Shown one piece after another: positions 46,140-61,600 of a stretch of 64,000 nucleotides of DNA. Position numbers and translations under genes: made by a program. The first letter of the stretch is position 1. Each line of letters opens with the position of its first letter. The notes under the pieces are model-generated. The model saw nothing but the letters and a program-made list of their open reading frames with translations. It searched no databases and was not told where the DNA came from. The stretch lies in the NCBI RefSeq assembly GCF_009914755.1, contig NC_060925.1, one strand, 5' to 3'. The stretch comes from the human T2T-CHM13v2.0 reference genome, Homo sapiens.

Positions 46140-47889
46140 CGAATGGAATCATCATTGAATGGAATCGAATGGAATCATCGAGTGGAATCGAATGGAATTA
46201 TGATCAAATGGAATCGAATGTAATCATCATCAAATGGAATCAAAAATAACCATCATCAATTGGTATTGAATGGAATTGTCATCAAATGGAATTCAAAGGA
46301 ATCATCATCAAATGGAACCGAATGGAATCCTCATTGAATGGAAATGAAAGGGGTCATCATCTAACGGAATCGCATGGAATCATCATCAAATGGAATCTAA
46401 TGGAATCATTGAACAGAATTGAATGGAATCGTCATCGAATGAATTGAATGCAATCATCGAATGGTCTCGAATGGAATCATCTTCTAATGGAAAGGAATGG
46501 AATCATCGCATAGAATCGAATGGAATTATCATCGAATGGAATCGAATGGTATCAACACCAAACGGAAAAAAACGGAATTATCGAATGGAATCGAAGAGAA
46601 TCTTCGAACGGACCCGAATGGAATCATCTAATGGAATGGAATGGAATAATCCATGGACTCGAATGCAATCATCATCGAATGGAATGGAATGGAATCATCG
46701 AATGGACTCGAATGGAATAATCATTGAACGGAATCGAATGGAATCATCATCAGATGGAAACGAATGGAATCATCATCGAATGGAAATGAAAGGAGTCATC
46801 ATCTAATGGAATTGCATGGAATCATCATCAAATGGAATCGAATGGAATCAACATCAAATGGAATCAAATGGAATCATTGAACGGAATTGAATGGAATCGT
46901 CATCGAATGAATTGACTGCAATCATCGAATGGTCTCGAATGGAATCATCTTCAAATGGAATGGAATGGAATCATCGCATAGAATCGAATGGAATTATCAT
47001 CGAATGGAATCGAATGGAATCAACATCAAACGGAAAAAAACGGAATTATCGAATGGAATCGAAGAGAATCATCGAATGGACCCGAATGGAATCATCTAAT
47101 GGAATGGAATGGAATAATCCATGGACTCGAATGCAATCATCATCGAATGGAATCGAATGGAATCATCGAATGGCCTCGAATGGAATAATCATTGAACGGA
47201 ATCGAATGGAATCATCATCGGATGGAAATGAATGGAATCATCATCGAATGGAATCGAATAGAATTATGGAATGAAATCCAGTGTGATCATCATCGAATGG
47301 ACCCGAATGGAATCATCATCCAACGGAAGCTAATGGAATCAACATCGAATGAATCGAATGGAAACACCATCGAATTGAAACGAATGGAATTATCATGAAA
47401 TTGAAATGGATGGACTCATCATCGAATGGATTCGAATGGAATCATCGAATAAAATTGATTGAAATCATCATCGAATGGAATCGAATGGTATCATTGAATG
47501 GAATCGAATGGAATCATCATCAGATGGAAATGAATGGAATCGTCATAGAATGGAATCGAATGGATTCATTGAATGGAATCAGATGGAATCATCGAATGGA
47601 CTGGAATGGAATCATTGAATGGACTCGAAAGGGATCATGATTGAATGGAATTGAATGGAATCATCGAATGGTCTCGATTGGAATCATTATCAAATGGAAT
47701 CGAATGGAATCACCGAATAGAATCGAATGGAACAATCATCGAATGGACTCAAATGGAATTATCCTCAAATGGAATCGAATGGAATTATCGAATGCAATCG
47801 AATGGAATTATCGAATGCAATCGAATAGAATCATCGAATGGACTCGAATGGAATCATCGAATGGAATGGAATGGAACAGTCAATGAACT
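46140..47889. repeat. Short 1750-bp unit variant (unit 27)
   Basis: Same 26-bp deletion and linked CTAACGG at 46365. Confidence 0.93.
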
Positions 47890-49670
47890 CGAATGGAATC
47901 ATCATTGAATGGAATCGAATGGAATCATCGAGTGGAATCGAATGGAATTATGATCAAATGGAATCGAATGTAATCATCATCAAATGGAATCAAAAATAAC
48001 CATCATCAATTGGTATTGAATGGAATTGTCATCAAATGGAATTCAAAGGAATCATCATCAAATGGAACCGAATGGAATCCTCATTGAATGGAAATGAAAG
48101 GGGTCATCATCTAATGGAATCGCATGGAATCATCATCAATTGGAATCGAATGGAATCATCATCAAATGGAATCTAATGGAATCATTGAACAGAATTGAAT
48201 GGAATCGTCATCGAATGAATTGAATGCAATCATCGAATGGTCTCGAATGGAATCATCTTCTAATGGAAAGGAATGGAATCATCGCATAGAATCGAATGGA
48301 ATTATCATCGAATGGAATCGAATGGTATCAACACCAAACGGAAAAAAACGGAATTATCGAATGGAATCGAAGAGAATCTTCGAACGGACCCGAATGGAAT
48401 CATCTAATGGAATGGAATGGAATAATCCATGGACTCGAATGCAATCATCATCGAATGGAATGGAATGGAATGGAATCATCGAATGGACTCGAATGGAATA
48501 ATCATTGAACGGAATCGAATGGAATCATCATCGGATGGAAACGAATGGAATCATCATCGAATGGAAATGAAAGGAGTCATCATCTAATGGAATTGCATGG
48601 AATCATCATAAAATGGAATCGAATGGAATCAACATCAAATGGAATCAAATGGAATCATTGAACGGAATTGAATGGAATCGTCATCGAATGAATTGACTGC
48701 AATCATCGAATGGTCTCGAATGGAATCATCTTCAAATGGAATGGAATGGAATCATCGCATAGAATCGAATGGAATTATCATCGAATGGAATCGAATGGAA
48801 TCAACATCAAACGGAAAAAAACGGAATTATCGAATGGAATCGAAGAGAATCATCGAATGGACCCGAATGGAATCATCTAATGGAATGGAATGGAATAATC
48901 CATGGACTCGAATGCAATCATCATCGAATGGAATCGAATGGAATCATCGAATGGACTCGAATGGAATAATCATTGAACGGAATCGAATGGAATCATCATC
49001 GGATGGAAATGAATGGAATCATCATCGAATGGAATCGAATAGAATTATGGAATGAAATCCAGTGTGATCATCATCGAATGGACCCGAATGGAATCATCAT
49101 CCAACGGAAGCTAATGGAATCAACATCGAATGAATCGAATGGAAACACCATCGAATTGAAACGAATGGAATTATCATGAAATTGAAATGGATGGACTCAT
49201 CATCGAATGGATTCGAATGGAATCATCGAATAAAATTGATTGAAATCATCATCGAATGGAATCGAATGGTATCATTGAATGGAATCGAATGGAATCATCA
49301 TCAGATGGAAATGAATGGAATCGTCATAGAATGGAATCGAATGGATTCATTGAATGGAATCAGATGGAATCATCGAATGGACTGGAATGGAATCATTGAA
49401 TGGACTCGAAAGGGATCATGATTGAATGGAATTGAATGGAATCATCGAATGGTCTCGATTGGAATCATTATCAAATGGAATCGAATGGAATCACCGAATA
49501 GAATCGAATGGAACAATCATCGAATGGACTCAAATGGAATTATCCTCAAATGGAATCGAATGGAATTATCGAATGCAATCGAATGGAATTATCGAATGCA
49601 ATCGAATAGAATCATCGAAAGGACTCGAATGGAATCATCGAATGGAATGGAATGGAACAGTCAATGAACT
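47890..49670. repeat. Long 1781-bp unit variant (unit 28; +5 bp, GGAAT allele)
   Basis: Extra pentamer at 48453-48476, same allele as unit 5. Confidence 0.92.
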
Positions 49671-52600
49671 CGAATGGAATCATCATTGAATGGAATCGAA
49701 TGGAATCATCGAGTGGAATCGAATGGAATTATGATCAAATGGAATCGAATGTAATCATCATCAAATGGAATCAAAAATAACCATCATCAATTGGTATTGA
49801 ATGGAATTGTCATCAAATGGAATTCAAAGGAATCATCATCAAATGGAACCGAATGGAATCCTCATTGAATGGAAATGAAAGGGGTCATCATCTAATGGAA
49901 TCGCATGGAATCATCATCAAATGGAATCGAATGGAATCATCATCAAATGGAATCTAATGGAATCATTGAACAGAATTGAATGGAATCGTCATCGAATGAA
50001 TTGAATGCAATCATCGAATGGTCTCGAATGGAATCATCTTCTAATGGAAAGGAATGGAATCATCGCATAGAATCGAATGGAATTATCATCGAATGGAATC
50101 GAATGGTATCAACACCAAACGGAAAAAAACGGAATTATCGAATGGAATCGAAGAGAATCTTCGAACGGACCCGAATGGAATCATCTAATGGAATGGAATG
50201 GAATAATCCATGGACTCGAATGCAATCATCATCGAATGGAATGGAATGGAATCATCGAATGGACTCGAATGGAATAATCATTGAACGGAATCGAATGGAA
50301 TCATCATCGGATGGAAACGAATGGAATCATCATCGAATGGAAATGAAAGGAGTCATCATCTAATGGAATTGCATGGAATCATCATAAAATGGAATCGAAT
50401 GGAATCAACATCAAATGGAATCAAATGGAATCATTGAACGGAATTGAATGGAATCGTCATCGAATGAATTGACTGCAATCATCGAATGGTCTCGAATGGA
50501 ATCATCTTCAAATGGAATGGAATGGAATCATCGCATAGAATCAAATGGAATTATCATCGAATAGAATCGAATGGAATCAACATCAAACGGAAAAAAACAG
50601 AATTATCGTATGGAATCGAAGAGAATCATCGAATGGACCCGAATGGAATCATCTAATGGAATGGAATGGAATAATCCATGGACTCGAATGCAATCATCAT
50701 CGAATGGAATCGAATGGAATCATCGAATGGACTCGAATGGAATAATCATTGAACGGAATCGAATGGAATCATCATCGGATGGAAATGAATGGAATCATCA
50801 TCGAATGGAATCGAATAGAATTATGGAATGAAATCCAGCGTGATCATCATCGAATGGACCCGAATGGAATCATCATCCAACGGAAGCTAATGGAATCAAC
50901 ATCGAATGAATCGAATGGAAACACCATCGAATTGAAACGAATGGAATTATCATGAAATTGAAATGGATGGACTCATCATCGAATGGATTCGAATGGAATC
51001 ATCGAATAAAATTGATTGAAATCATCATCCAATGGAATCGAATGGTATCATTGAATGGAATCGAATGGAATCATCATCAGATGGAAATGAATGGAATCGT
51101 CATAGAATGGAATCGAGTGGATTCATTGAATGGAATCAGATGGAATCATCGAATGGACTGGAATGGAATCATTGAATGGACTCGAAAGGGATCATGATTG
51201 AATGGAATTGAATGGAATCATCGAATGGTCTCGATTGGAATCATTATCAAATGGAATCGAATGGAATCACCGAATAGAATCGAATGGAACAATCATCGAA
51301 TGGACTCAAATGGAATTATCCTCAAATGGAATCGAATGGAATTATCGAATGCAATCGAATGGAATTATCGAATGCAATCGAATAGAATCATCGAAAGGAC
51401 TCGAATGGAATCATCGAATGGAATGGAATGGAACAGTCAATGAACTCGAATGGAATCATCATTGAATGGAATCCAATGGAATCATCGAGTGGAATCGAAT
51501 GGAATTATGATCAAATGGAATCTAATGTAATCATCATCAAATGGAATCAAAAATAACCATCATCAATTGGTATTGAATTGAATTGTCATCAAATGGAATT
51601 CAAAGGAATCATCATCAAATGGAACCGAATGGAATCCTCATTGAATGGAAATGAAAGGGGTCATCATCTAATGGAATCGCATGGAATCATCATCAAATGG
51701 AATCGAATGGAATCATCATCAAATGGAATCTAATGGAATCATTGAACAGAATTGAATGGAATCGTCATCGAATGAATTGAATGCAATCATCGAATGGTCT
51801 CGAATGGAATCATCTTCTAATGGAAAGGAATGGAATCATCGCATAGAATCGAATGGAATTATCATCGAATGGAATCGAATGGTATCAACACCAAACGGAA
51901 AAAAACGGAATTATCGAATGGAATCGAAGAGAATCTTCGAACGGACCCGAATGGAATCATCTAATGGAATGGAATGGAATAATCCATGGACTCGAATGCA
52001 ATCATCATCGAATGGAATGGAATGGAATCATCGAATGGACTCGAATGGAATAATCATTGAACGGAATCGAATGGAATCATCATCGGATGGAAACGAATGG
52101 AATCATCATCGAATGGAAATGAAAGGAGTCATCATCTAATGGAATTGCATGGAATCATCATAAAATGGAATCGAATGGAATCAACATCAAATGGAATCAA
52201 ATGGAATCATTGAACGGAATTGAATGGAATCGTCATCGAATGAATTGACTGCAATCATCGAATGGTCTCGAATGGAATCATCTTCAAATGGAATGGAATG
52301 GAATCATCGCATAGAATCGAATGGAATTATCATCGAATGGAATCGAATGGAATCAACATCAAACGGAAAAAAACGGAATTATCGAATGGAATCGAAGGGA
52401 ATCATCGAATGGACCCGAATGGAATCATCTAATGGAATGGAATGGAATAATCCATGGACTCGAATGCAATCATCATCGAATGGAATCGAATGGAATCATC
52501 GAATGGACTCGAATGGAATAATCATTGAACGGAATCGAATGGAATCATCATCGGATGGAAACGAATGGAATCATCATCGAATGGAATCGAATATAATTAT

Positions 52601-55600
52601 GGAATGAAATCCAGTGTGATCATCATCGAATGGACCCGAATGGAATCATCATCCAACGGAAGCTAATGGAATCAACATCGAATGAATCGAATGGAAACAC
52701 CATCGAATTGAAACGAATGGAATTATCATGAAATTGAAATGGATGGACTCATCATCGAATGGATTCGAATGGAATCATCGAATAAAATTGATTGAAATCA
52801 TCATCCAATGGAATCGAATGGTATCATTGAATGGAATCGAATGGAATCATCATCAGATGGAAATGAATGGAATCGTCATAGAATGGAATCGAATGGATTC
52901 ATTGAATGGAATCAGATGGAATCATCGAATGGACTGGAATGGAATCATTGAATGGACTCGAAAGGGATCATGATTGAATGGAATTGAATGGAATCATCGA
53001 ATGGTCTCGATTGGAATCATTATCAAATGGAATGGAATGGAATCACCGAATAGAATCGAATGGAACAATCATCGAATGGACTCAAATGGAATTATCCTCC
53101 AATGGAATCGAATGGAATTATCGAATGCAATCGAATGGAATTATCGAATGCAATCGAATAGAATCATCGAATGGACTCGAATGGAATCATCGAATGGAAT
53201 GGAATGGAACAGTCAATGAACTCGAATGGAATCATCATTGAATGGAATCGAATGGAATCATCGAGTGGAATCGAATGGAATTATGATCAAATGGAATCGA
53301 ATGTAATCATCATCAAATGGAATCAAAAATAACCATCATCAATTGGTATTGAATGGAATTGTCATCAAATGGAATTCAAAGGAATCATCATCAAATGGAA
53401 CCGAATGGAATCCTCATTGAATGGAAATGAAAGGGGTCATCATCTAATGGAATCGCATGGAATCATCATCAAATGGAATCGAATGGAATCATCATCAAAT
53501 GGAATCTAATGGAATCATTGAACAGAATTGAATGGAATCGTCATCGAATGAATTGAATGCAATCATCGAATGGTCTCGAATGGAATCATCTTCTAATGGA
53601 AAGGAATGGAATCATCGCATAGAATCGAATGGAATTATCATCGAATGGAATCGAATGGTATCAACACCAAACGGAAAAAAACGGAATTATCGAATGGAAT
53701 CGAAGAGAATCTTCGAACGGACCCGAATGGAATCATCTAATGGAATGGAATGGAATAATCCATGGACTCGAATGCAATCATCATCGAATGGAATGGAATG
53801 GAATCATCGAATGGACTCGAATGGAATAATCATTGAACGGAATCGAATGGAATCATCATCGGATGGAAACGAATGGAATCATCATCGAATGGAAATGAAA
53901 GGAGTCATCATCTAATGGAATTGCATGGAATCATCATCAAATGGAATCGAATGGAATCAACATCAAATGGAATCAAATGGAATCATTGAACGGAATTGAA
54001 TGGAATCGTCATCGAATGAATTGACTGCAATCATCCAATGGTCTCGAATGGAATCATCTTCAAATGGAATGGAATGGAATCATCGCATAGAATCGAATGG
54101 AATTATCATCGAATGGAATCGAATGGAATCAACATCCAACGGAAAAAAACGGAATTATCGAATGGAATCGAAGAGAATCATCGAATGGACCCGAATGGAA
54201 TCATCTAATGGAATGGAATGGAATAATCCATGGACTCGAATGCAATCATCATCCAATGGAATCGAATGGAATCATCGAATGGACTCGAATGGAATAATCA
54301 TTGAACGGAATCGAATGGAATCATCATCGGATGGAAATGAATGGAATCATCATCGAATGGAATCGAATAGAATTATGGAATGAAATCCAGTGTGATCATC
54401 ATCGAATGGACCCGAATGGAATCATCATCCAACGGAAGCTAATGGAATCAACATCGAATGAATCAAATGGAAACACCATCGAATTGAAACGAATGGAATT
54501 ATCATGAAATTGAAATGGATGGTCTCATCATCGAATGGATTCGAATGGAATCATCGAATAAAATTGATTGAAATCATCATCGAATGGAATCGAATGGTAT
54601 CATTGAATGGAATCGAATGGAATCATCATCAGATGGAAATGAATGGAATCGTCATAGAATGGAATCGAATGGATTCATTGAATGGAATCAGATGGAATCA
54701 TCGAATGGACTGGAATGGAATCATTGAATGGACTCGAAAGGGATCATGATTGAATGGAATTGAATGGAATCATCGAATGGTCTCGATTGGAATCATTATC
54801 AAATGGAATCGAATGGAATCACCGAATAGAATCGAATGGAATTATCATCGAATGGAATCGAATGGAATTATCCTCCAATGGAATGGAATGGAATTATCGA
54901 ATGCAATCGAATGGAATTATCGAATGCAATCGAATAGAATCATCGAATGGACTCCAATGGAATCATCGAATGGAATGCAATGGAACAGTCAATGAACTCG
55001 AATGGAATCATCATTGAATGGAATCGAATGGAATCATCGAGTGGAATCGAATGGAATTATGATCAAATGGAATCGAATGTAATCATCATCAAACGGAATC
55101 AAAAATAACCATCATCAATTGGTATTGAATGGAATTGTCATCAAATGGAATTCAAAGGAATCATCATCAAATGGAACCGAATGGAATCCTCATTGAATGG
55201 AAATGAAAGGGGTCATCATCTAATGGAATCGCATGGAATCATCATCAAATGGAATCGAATGGAATCATCATCAAATGGAATCTAATGGAATCATTGAACA
55301 GAATTGAATGGAATCGTCATCGAATGAATTGAATGCAATCATCGAATGGTCTCGAATGGAATCATCTTCTAATGGAAAGGAATGGAATCATCGCATAGAA
55401 TCGAATGGAACTATCATCGAATGGAATCGAATGGTATCAACACCAAACGGAAAAAAACGGAATTATCGAATGGAATCGAAGAGAATCTTCGAACGGACCC
55501 GAATGGAATCATCTAATGGAATGGAATGGAATAATCCATGGACTCGAATGCAATCATCATCGAATGGAATCGAATGGAATCATCGAATGGACTCGAATGG

Positions 55601-58600
55601 AATAATCATTGAACGGAATCGATTGGAATCATCATCGGATGGAAACGAATGGAATCATCATCGAATGGAAATGAAAGGAGTCATCATCTAATGGAATTGC
55701 ATGGAATCATCATAAAATGGAATCGAATGGAATCAACATCAAATGGAATCAAATGGAATCATTGAACGGAATTGAATGGAATCGTCATCGAATGAATTGA
55801 CTGCAATCATCCAATGGTCTCGAATGGAATCATCTTCAAATGGAATGGAATGGAATCATCGCATAGAATCGAATGGAATTATCATCGAATGGAATCGAAT
55901 GGAATCAACATCCAACGGACAAAAACGGAATTATCTAATGGAATCGAAGAGAATCATCGAATGGACCCGAATGGAATCATCTAATGGAATGGAATGGAAT
56001 AATCCATGGACTCGAATGCAATCATCATCGAATGGAATCGAATGGAATCATCGAATGGACTCGAATGGAATAATCATTGAACGGAATCGAATGGAATCAT
56101 CATCGGATGGAAATGAATGGAATCATCATCGAATGGAATCGAATAGAATTATGGAATGAAATCCAGTGTGATCATCATCGAATGGACCCGAATGGAATCA
56201 TCATCCAACGGAAGCTAATGGAATCAACATCGAATGAATCGAATGGAAACACCATCGAATTGAAACGAATGGAATTATCATGAAATTGAAATGGATGGAC
56301 TCATCATCGAATGGATTCGAATGGAATCATCGAATAAAATTGATTGAAATCATCATCGAATGGAGTCGAATGGTATCATTGAATGGAATCGAATGGAATC
56401 ATCATCAGATGGAAATGAATGGAATCGTCATAGAATGGAATCGAATGGATTCATTGAATGGAATCAGATGGAATCATCGAATGGACTGGAATGGAATCAT
56501 TGAATGGACTCGAAAGGGATCATGATTGAATGGAATTGAATGGAATCATCGAATGGTCTCGATTGGAATCATTATCAAATGGAATCGAATGGAATCACCG
56601 AATAGAATCGAATGGAACAATCATCGAATGGACTCAAATGGAATTATCCTCCAATGGAATCGAATGGAATTATCGAATGCAATCGAATGGAATTATCGAA
56701 TGCAATCGAATAGAATCATCGAAAGGACTCGAATGGAATCATCGAATGGAATGGAATGGAACAGTCAATGAACTCGAATGGAATCATCATTGAATGGAAT
56801 CGAATGGAATCATCGAGTGGAATCGAATGGAATTATGATCAAATGGAATCGAATGTAATCATCATCAAATGGAATCAAAATTAACCATCATCAATTGGTA
56901 TTGAATGGAATTGTCATCAAATGGAATTCAAAGGAATCATCATCAAATGGAACCGAATGGAATCCTCATTGAATGGAAATGAAAGGGGTCATCATCTAAT
57001 GGAATCGCATGGAATCATCATCAAATGGAATCGAATGGAATCATCATCAAATGGAATCTAATGGAATCATTGAACAGAATTGAATGGAATCGTCATCGAA
57101 TGAATTGAATGCAATCATCGAATGGTCTCGAATGGAATCATCTTCTAATGGAAAGGAATGGAATCATCGCATAGAATCGAATGGAATTATCATCGAATGG
57201 AATCGAATGGTATCAACACCAAACGGAAAAAAACGGAATTATCGAATGGAATCGAAGAGATTCTTCGAACGGACCCGAATGGAATCATCTAATGGAATGG
57301 AATGGAATAATCCATGGACTCGAATGCAATCATCATCGAATGGAATGGAATGGAATCATCGAATGGACTCGAATGGAATAATCATTGAACGGAATCGAAT
57401 GGAATCATCATCGGATGGAAACGAATGGAATCATCATCGAATGGAAATGAAAGGAGTCATCATCTAATGGAATTGCATGGAATCATCATAAAATGGAATC
57501 GAATGGAATCAACATCAAATGGAATCAAATGGAATCATTGAACGGAATTGAATGGAATCGTCATCGAATGAATTGACTGCAATCATCGAATGGTCTCGAA
57601 TGGAATCATCTTCAAATGGAATGGAATGGAATCATCGCATAGAATCGAATGGAATTATCATCGAATGGAATCGAATGGAATCAACATCCAACGAAAAAAA
57701 ACGGAATTATCGAATGGAATCGAAGAGAATCATCGAATGGACCCGAATGGAATCATCTAATGGAATGGAATGGAATAATCCATGGACTCGAATGCAATCA
57801 TCATCGAATGGAATCGAATGGAATCATCGAATGGACTCGAATGGAATAATCATTGAACGGAATCGAATGGAATCATCATCGGATGGAAATGAATGGAATC
57901 ATCATCGAATGGAATCGAATAGAATTATGGAATGAAATCCAGTGTGATCATCATCGAATGGACCCGAATGGAATCATCATCCAACGGAAGCTAATGGAAT
58001 CAACATCGAATGAATCGAATGGAAACACCATCGAATTGAAACGAATGGAATTATCATGAAATTGAAATGGATGGACTCATCATCGAATGGATTCGAATGG
58101 AATCATCGAATAAAATTGATTGAAATCATCATCGAATGGAATCGAATGGTATCATTGAATGGAATCGAATGGAATCATCATCAGATGGAAATGAATGGAA
58201 TCGTCATAGAATGGAATCGAATGGATTCATTGAATGGAATCAGATGGAATCATCGAATGGACTGGAATGGAATCATTGAATGGACTCGAAAGGGATCATT
58301 ATTGAATGGAATTGAATGGAATCATCGAATGGTCTCAATTGGAATCATTATCAAATGGAATCGAATGGAATCACCGAATAGAATCGAATGGAACAATCAT
58401 CGAATGGACTCAAATGGAATTATCCTCCAATGGAATCGAATGGAATTATCGAATGCAATCGAATGGAATTATCGAATGCAATCGAATAGAATCATCGAAT
58501 GGACTCGAATGGAATCATCGAATGGAATGGAATGGAACAGTCAATGAACTCGAATGGAATCATCATTGAATGGAATCGAATGGAATCATCGAGTGGAATC

Positions 58601-61600
58601 GAATGGAATTATGATCAAATGGAATCGAATGTAATCATCATCAAATGGAATCAAAAATAACCATCATCAATTGGTATTGAATGGAATTGTCATCAAATGG
58701 AATTCAAAGGAATCATCATCAAATGGAACCGAATGGAATCCTCATTGAATGGAAATGAAAGGGGTCATCATCTAATGGAATCGCATGGAATCATCATCAA
58801 ATGGAATCGAATGGAATCATCATCAAATGGAATCTAATGGAATCATTGAACAGAATTGAATGGAATCGTCATCGAATGAATTGAATGCAATCATCGAATG
58901 GTCTCGAATGGAATCATCTTCTAATGGAAAGGAATGGAATCATCGCATAGAATCGAATGGAATTATCATCGAATGGAATCGAATGGTATCAAAACCAAAC
59001 GGAAAAAAACGGAATTATCGAATGGAATCGAAGAGAATCTTCGAACGGACCCGAATGGAATCATCTAATGGAATGGAATGGAATAATCCATGGACTCGAA
59101 TGCAATCATCATCGAATGGAATCGAATGGAATCATCGAATGGACTCGAATGGAATAATCATTGAACGGAATCGAATGGAATCATCATCGGATGGAAACGA
59201 ATGGAATCATCATCGAATGGAAATGAAAGGAGTCATCATCTAATGGAATTGCATGGAATCATCATAAAATGGAATCGAATGGAATCAACATCAAATGGAA
59301 TCAAATGGAATCATTGAACGGAATTGAATGGAATCGTCATCGAATGAATTGACTGCAATCATCCAATGGTCTCGAATGGAATCATCTTCAAATGGAATGG
59401 AATGGAATCATCGCATAGAATCGAATGGAATTATCATCGAATGGAATCGAAAGGAATCAACATCCAACGGACAAAAACGGAATTATCGAATGGAATCGAA
59501 GAGAATCATCGAATGGACCCGAATGGAATCATCTAATGGAATGGAATGGAATAATCCATGGACTCGAATGCAATCATCATCGAATGGAATCGAATGGAAT
59601 CATCGAATGGACTCGAATGGAATAATCATTGAACGGAATCGAATGGAATCATCATCGGATGGAAATGAATGGAATCATCATCGAATGGAATCGAATAGAA
59701 TTATGGAATGAAATCCAGTGTGATCATCATCGAATGGACCCGAATGGAATCATCATCCAACGGAAGCTAATGGAATCAACATCGAATGAATCGAATGGAA
59801 ACACCATCGAATTGAAACGAATGGAATTATCATGAAATTGAAATGGATGGACTCATCATCGAATGGATTCGAATGGAATCATCGAATAAAATTGATTGAA
59901 ATCATCATCGAATGGAGTCGAATGGTATCATTGAATGGAATCGAATGGAATCATCATCAGATGGAAATGAATGGAATCGTCATAGAATGGAATCGAATGG
60001 ATTCATTGAATGGAATCAGATGGAATCATCGAATGGACTGGAATGGAATCATTGAATGGACTCGAAAGGGATCATGATTGAATGGAATTGAATGGAATCA
60101 TCGAATGGTCTCGATTGGAATCATTATCAAATGGAATCGAATGGAATCACCGAATAGAATCGAATGGAACAATCATCGAATGGACTCAAATGGAATTATC
60201 CTCCAATGGAATCGAATGGAATTATCGAATGCAATCGAATGGAATTATCGAATGCAATCGAATAGAATCATCGAAAGGACTCGAATGGAATCATCGAATG
60301 GAATGGAATGGAACAGTCAATGAACTCGAATGGAATCATCATTGAATGGAATCGAATGGAATCATCGAGTGGAATCGAATGGAATTATGATCAAATGGAA
60401 TCGAATGTAATCATCATCAAATGGAATCAAAATTAACCATCATCAATTGGTATTGAATGGAATTGTCATCAAATGGAATTCAAAGGAATCATCATCAAAT
60501 GGAACCGAATGGAATCCTCATTGAATGGAAATGAAAGGGGTCATCATCTAATGGAATCGCATGGAATCATCATCAAATGGAATCGAATGGAATCATCATC
60601 AAATGGAATCTAATGGAATCATTGAACAGAATTGAATGGAATCGTCATCGAATGAATTGAATGCAATCATCGAATGGTCTCGAATGGAATCATCTTCTAA
60701 TGGAAAGGAATGGAATCATCGCATAGAATCGAATGGAATTATCATCGAATGGAATCGAATGGTATCAACACCAAACGGAAAAAAACGGAATTATCGAATG
60801 GAATCGAAGAGATTCTTCGAACGGACCCGAATGGAATCATCTAATGGAATGGAATGGAATAATCCATGGACTCGAATGCAATCATCATCGAATGGAATGG
60901 AATGGAATCATCGAATGGACTCGAATGGAATAATCATTGAACGGAATCGAATGGAATCATCATCGGATGGAAACGAATGGAATCATCATCGAATGGAAAT
61001 GAAAGGAGTCATCATCTAATGGAATTGCATGGAATCATCATCAAATGGAATCGAATGGAATCAACATCAAATGGAATCAAATGGAATCATTGAACGGAAT
61101 TGAATGGAATCGTCATCGAATGAATTGACTGCAATCATCGAATGGTCTCGAATGGAATCATCTTCAAATGGAATGGAATGGAATCATCGCATAGAATCGA
61201 ATGGAATTATCATCGAATGGAATCGAATGGAATCAACATCCAACGGAAAAAAACGGAATTATCGAATGGAATCGAAGAGAATCATCGAATGGACCCGAAT
61301 GGAATCATCTAATGGAATGGAATGGAATAATCCATGGACTCGAATGCAATCATCATCGAATGGAATCGAATGGAATCATCGAATGGACTCGAATGGAATA
61401 ATCATTGAACGGAATCGAATGGAATCATCATCGGATGGAAATGAATGGAATCATCATCGAATGGAATCGAATAGAATTATGGAATGAAATCCAGTGTGAT
61501 CATCATCGAATGGACCCGAATGGAATCATCATCCAACGGAAGCTAATGGAATCAACATCGAATGAATCGAATGGAAACACCATCGAATTGAAACGAATGG

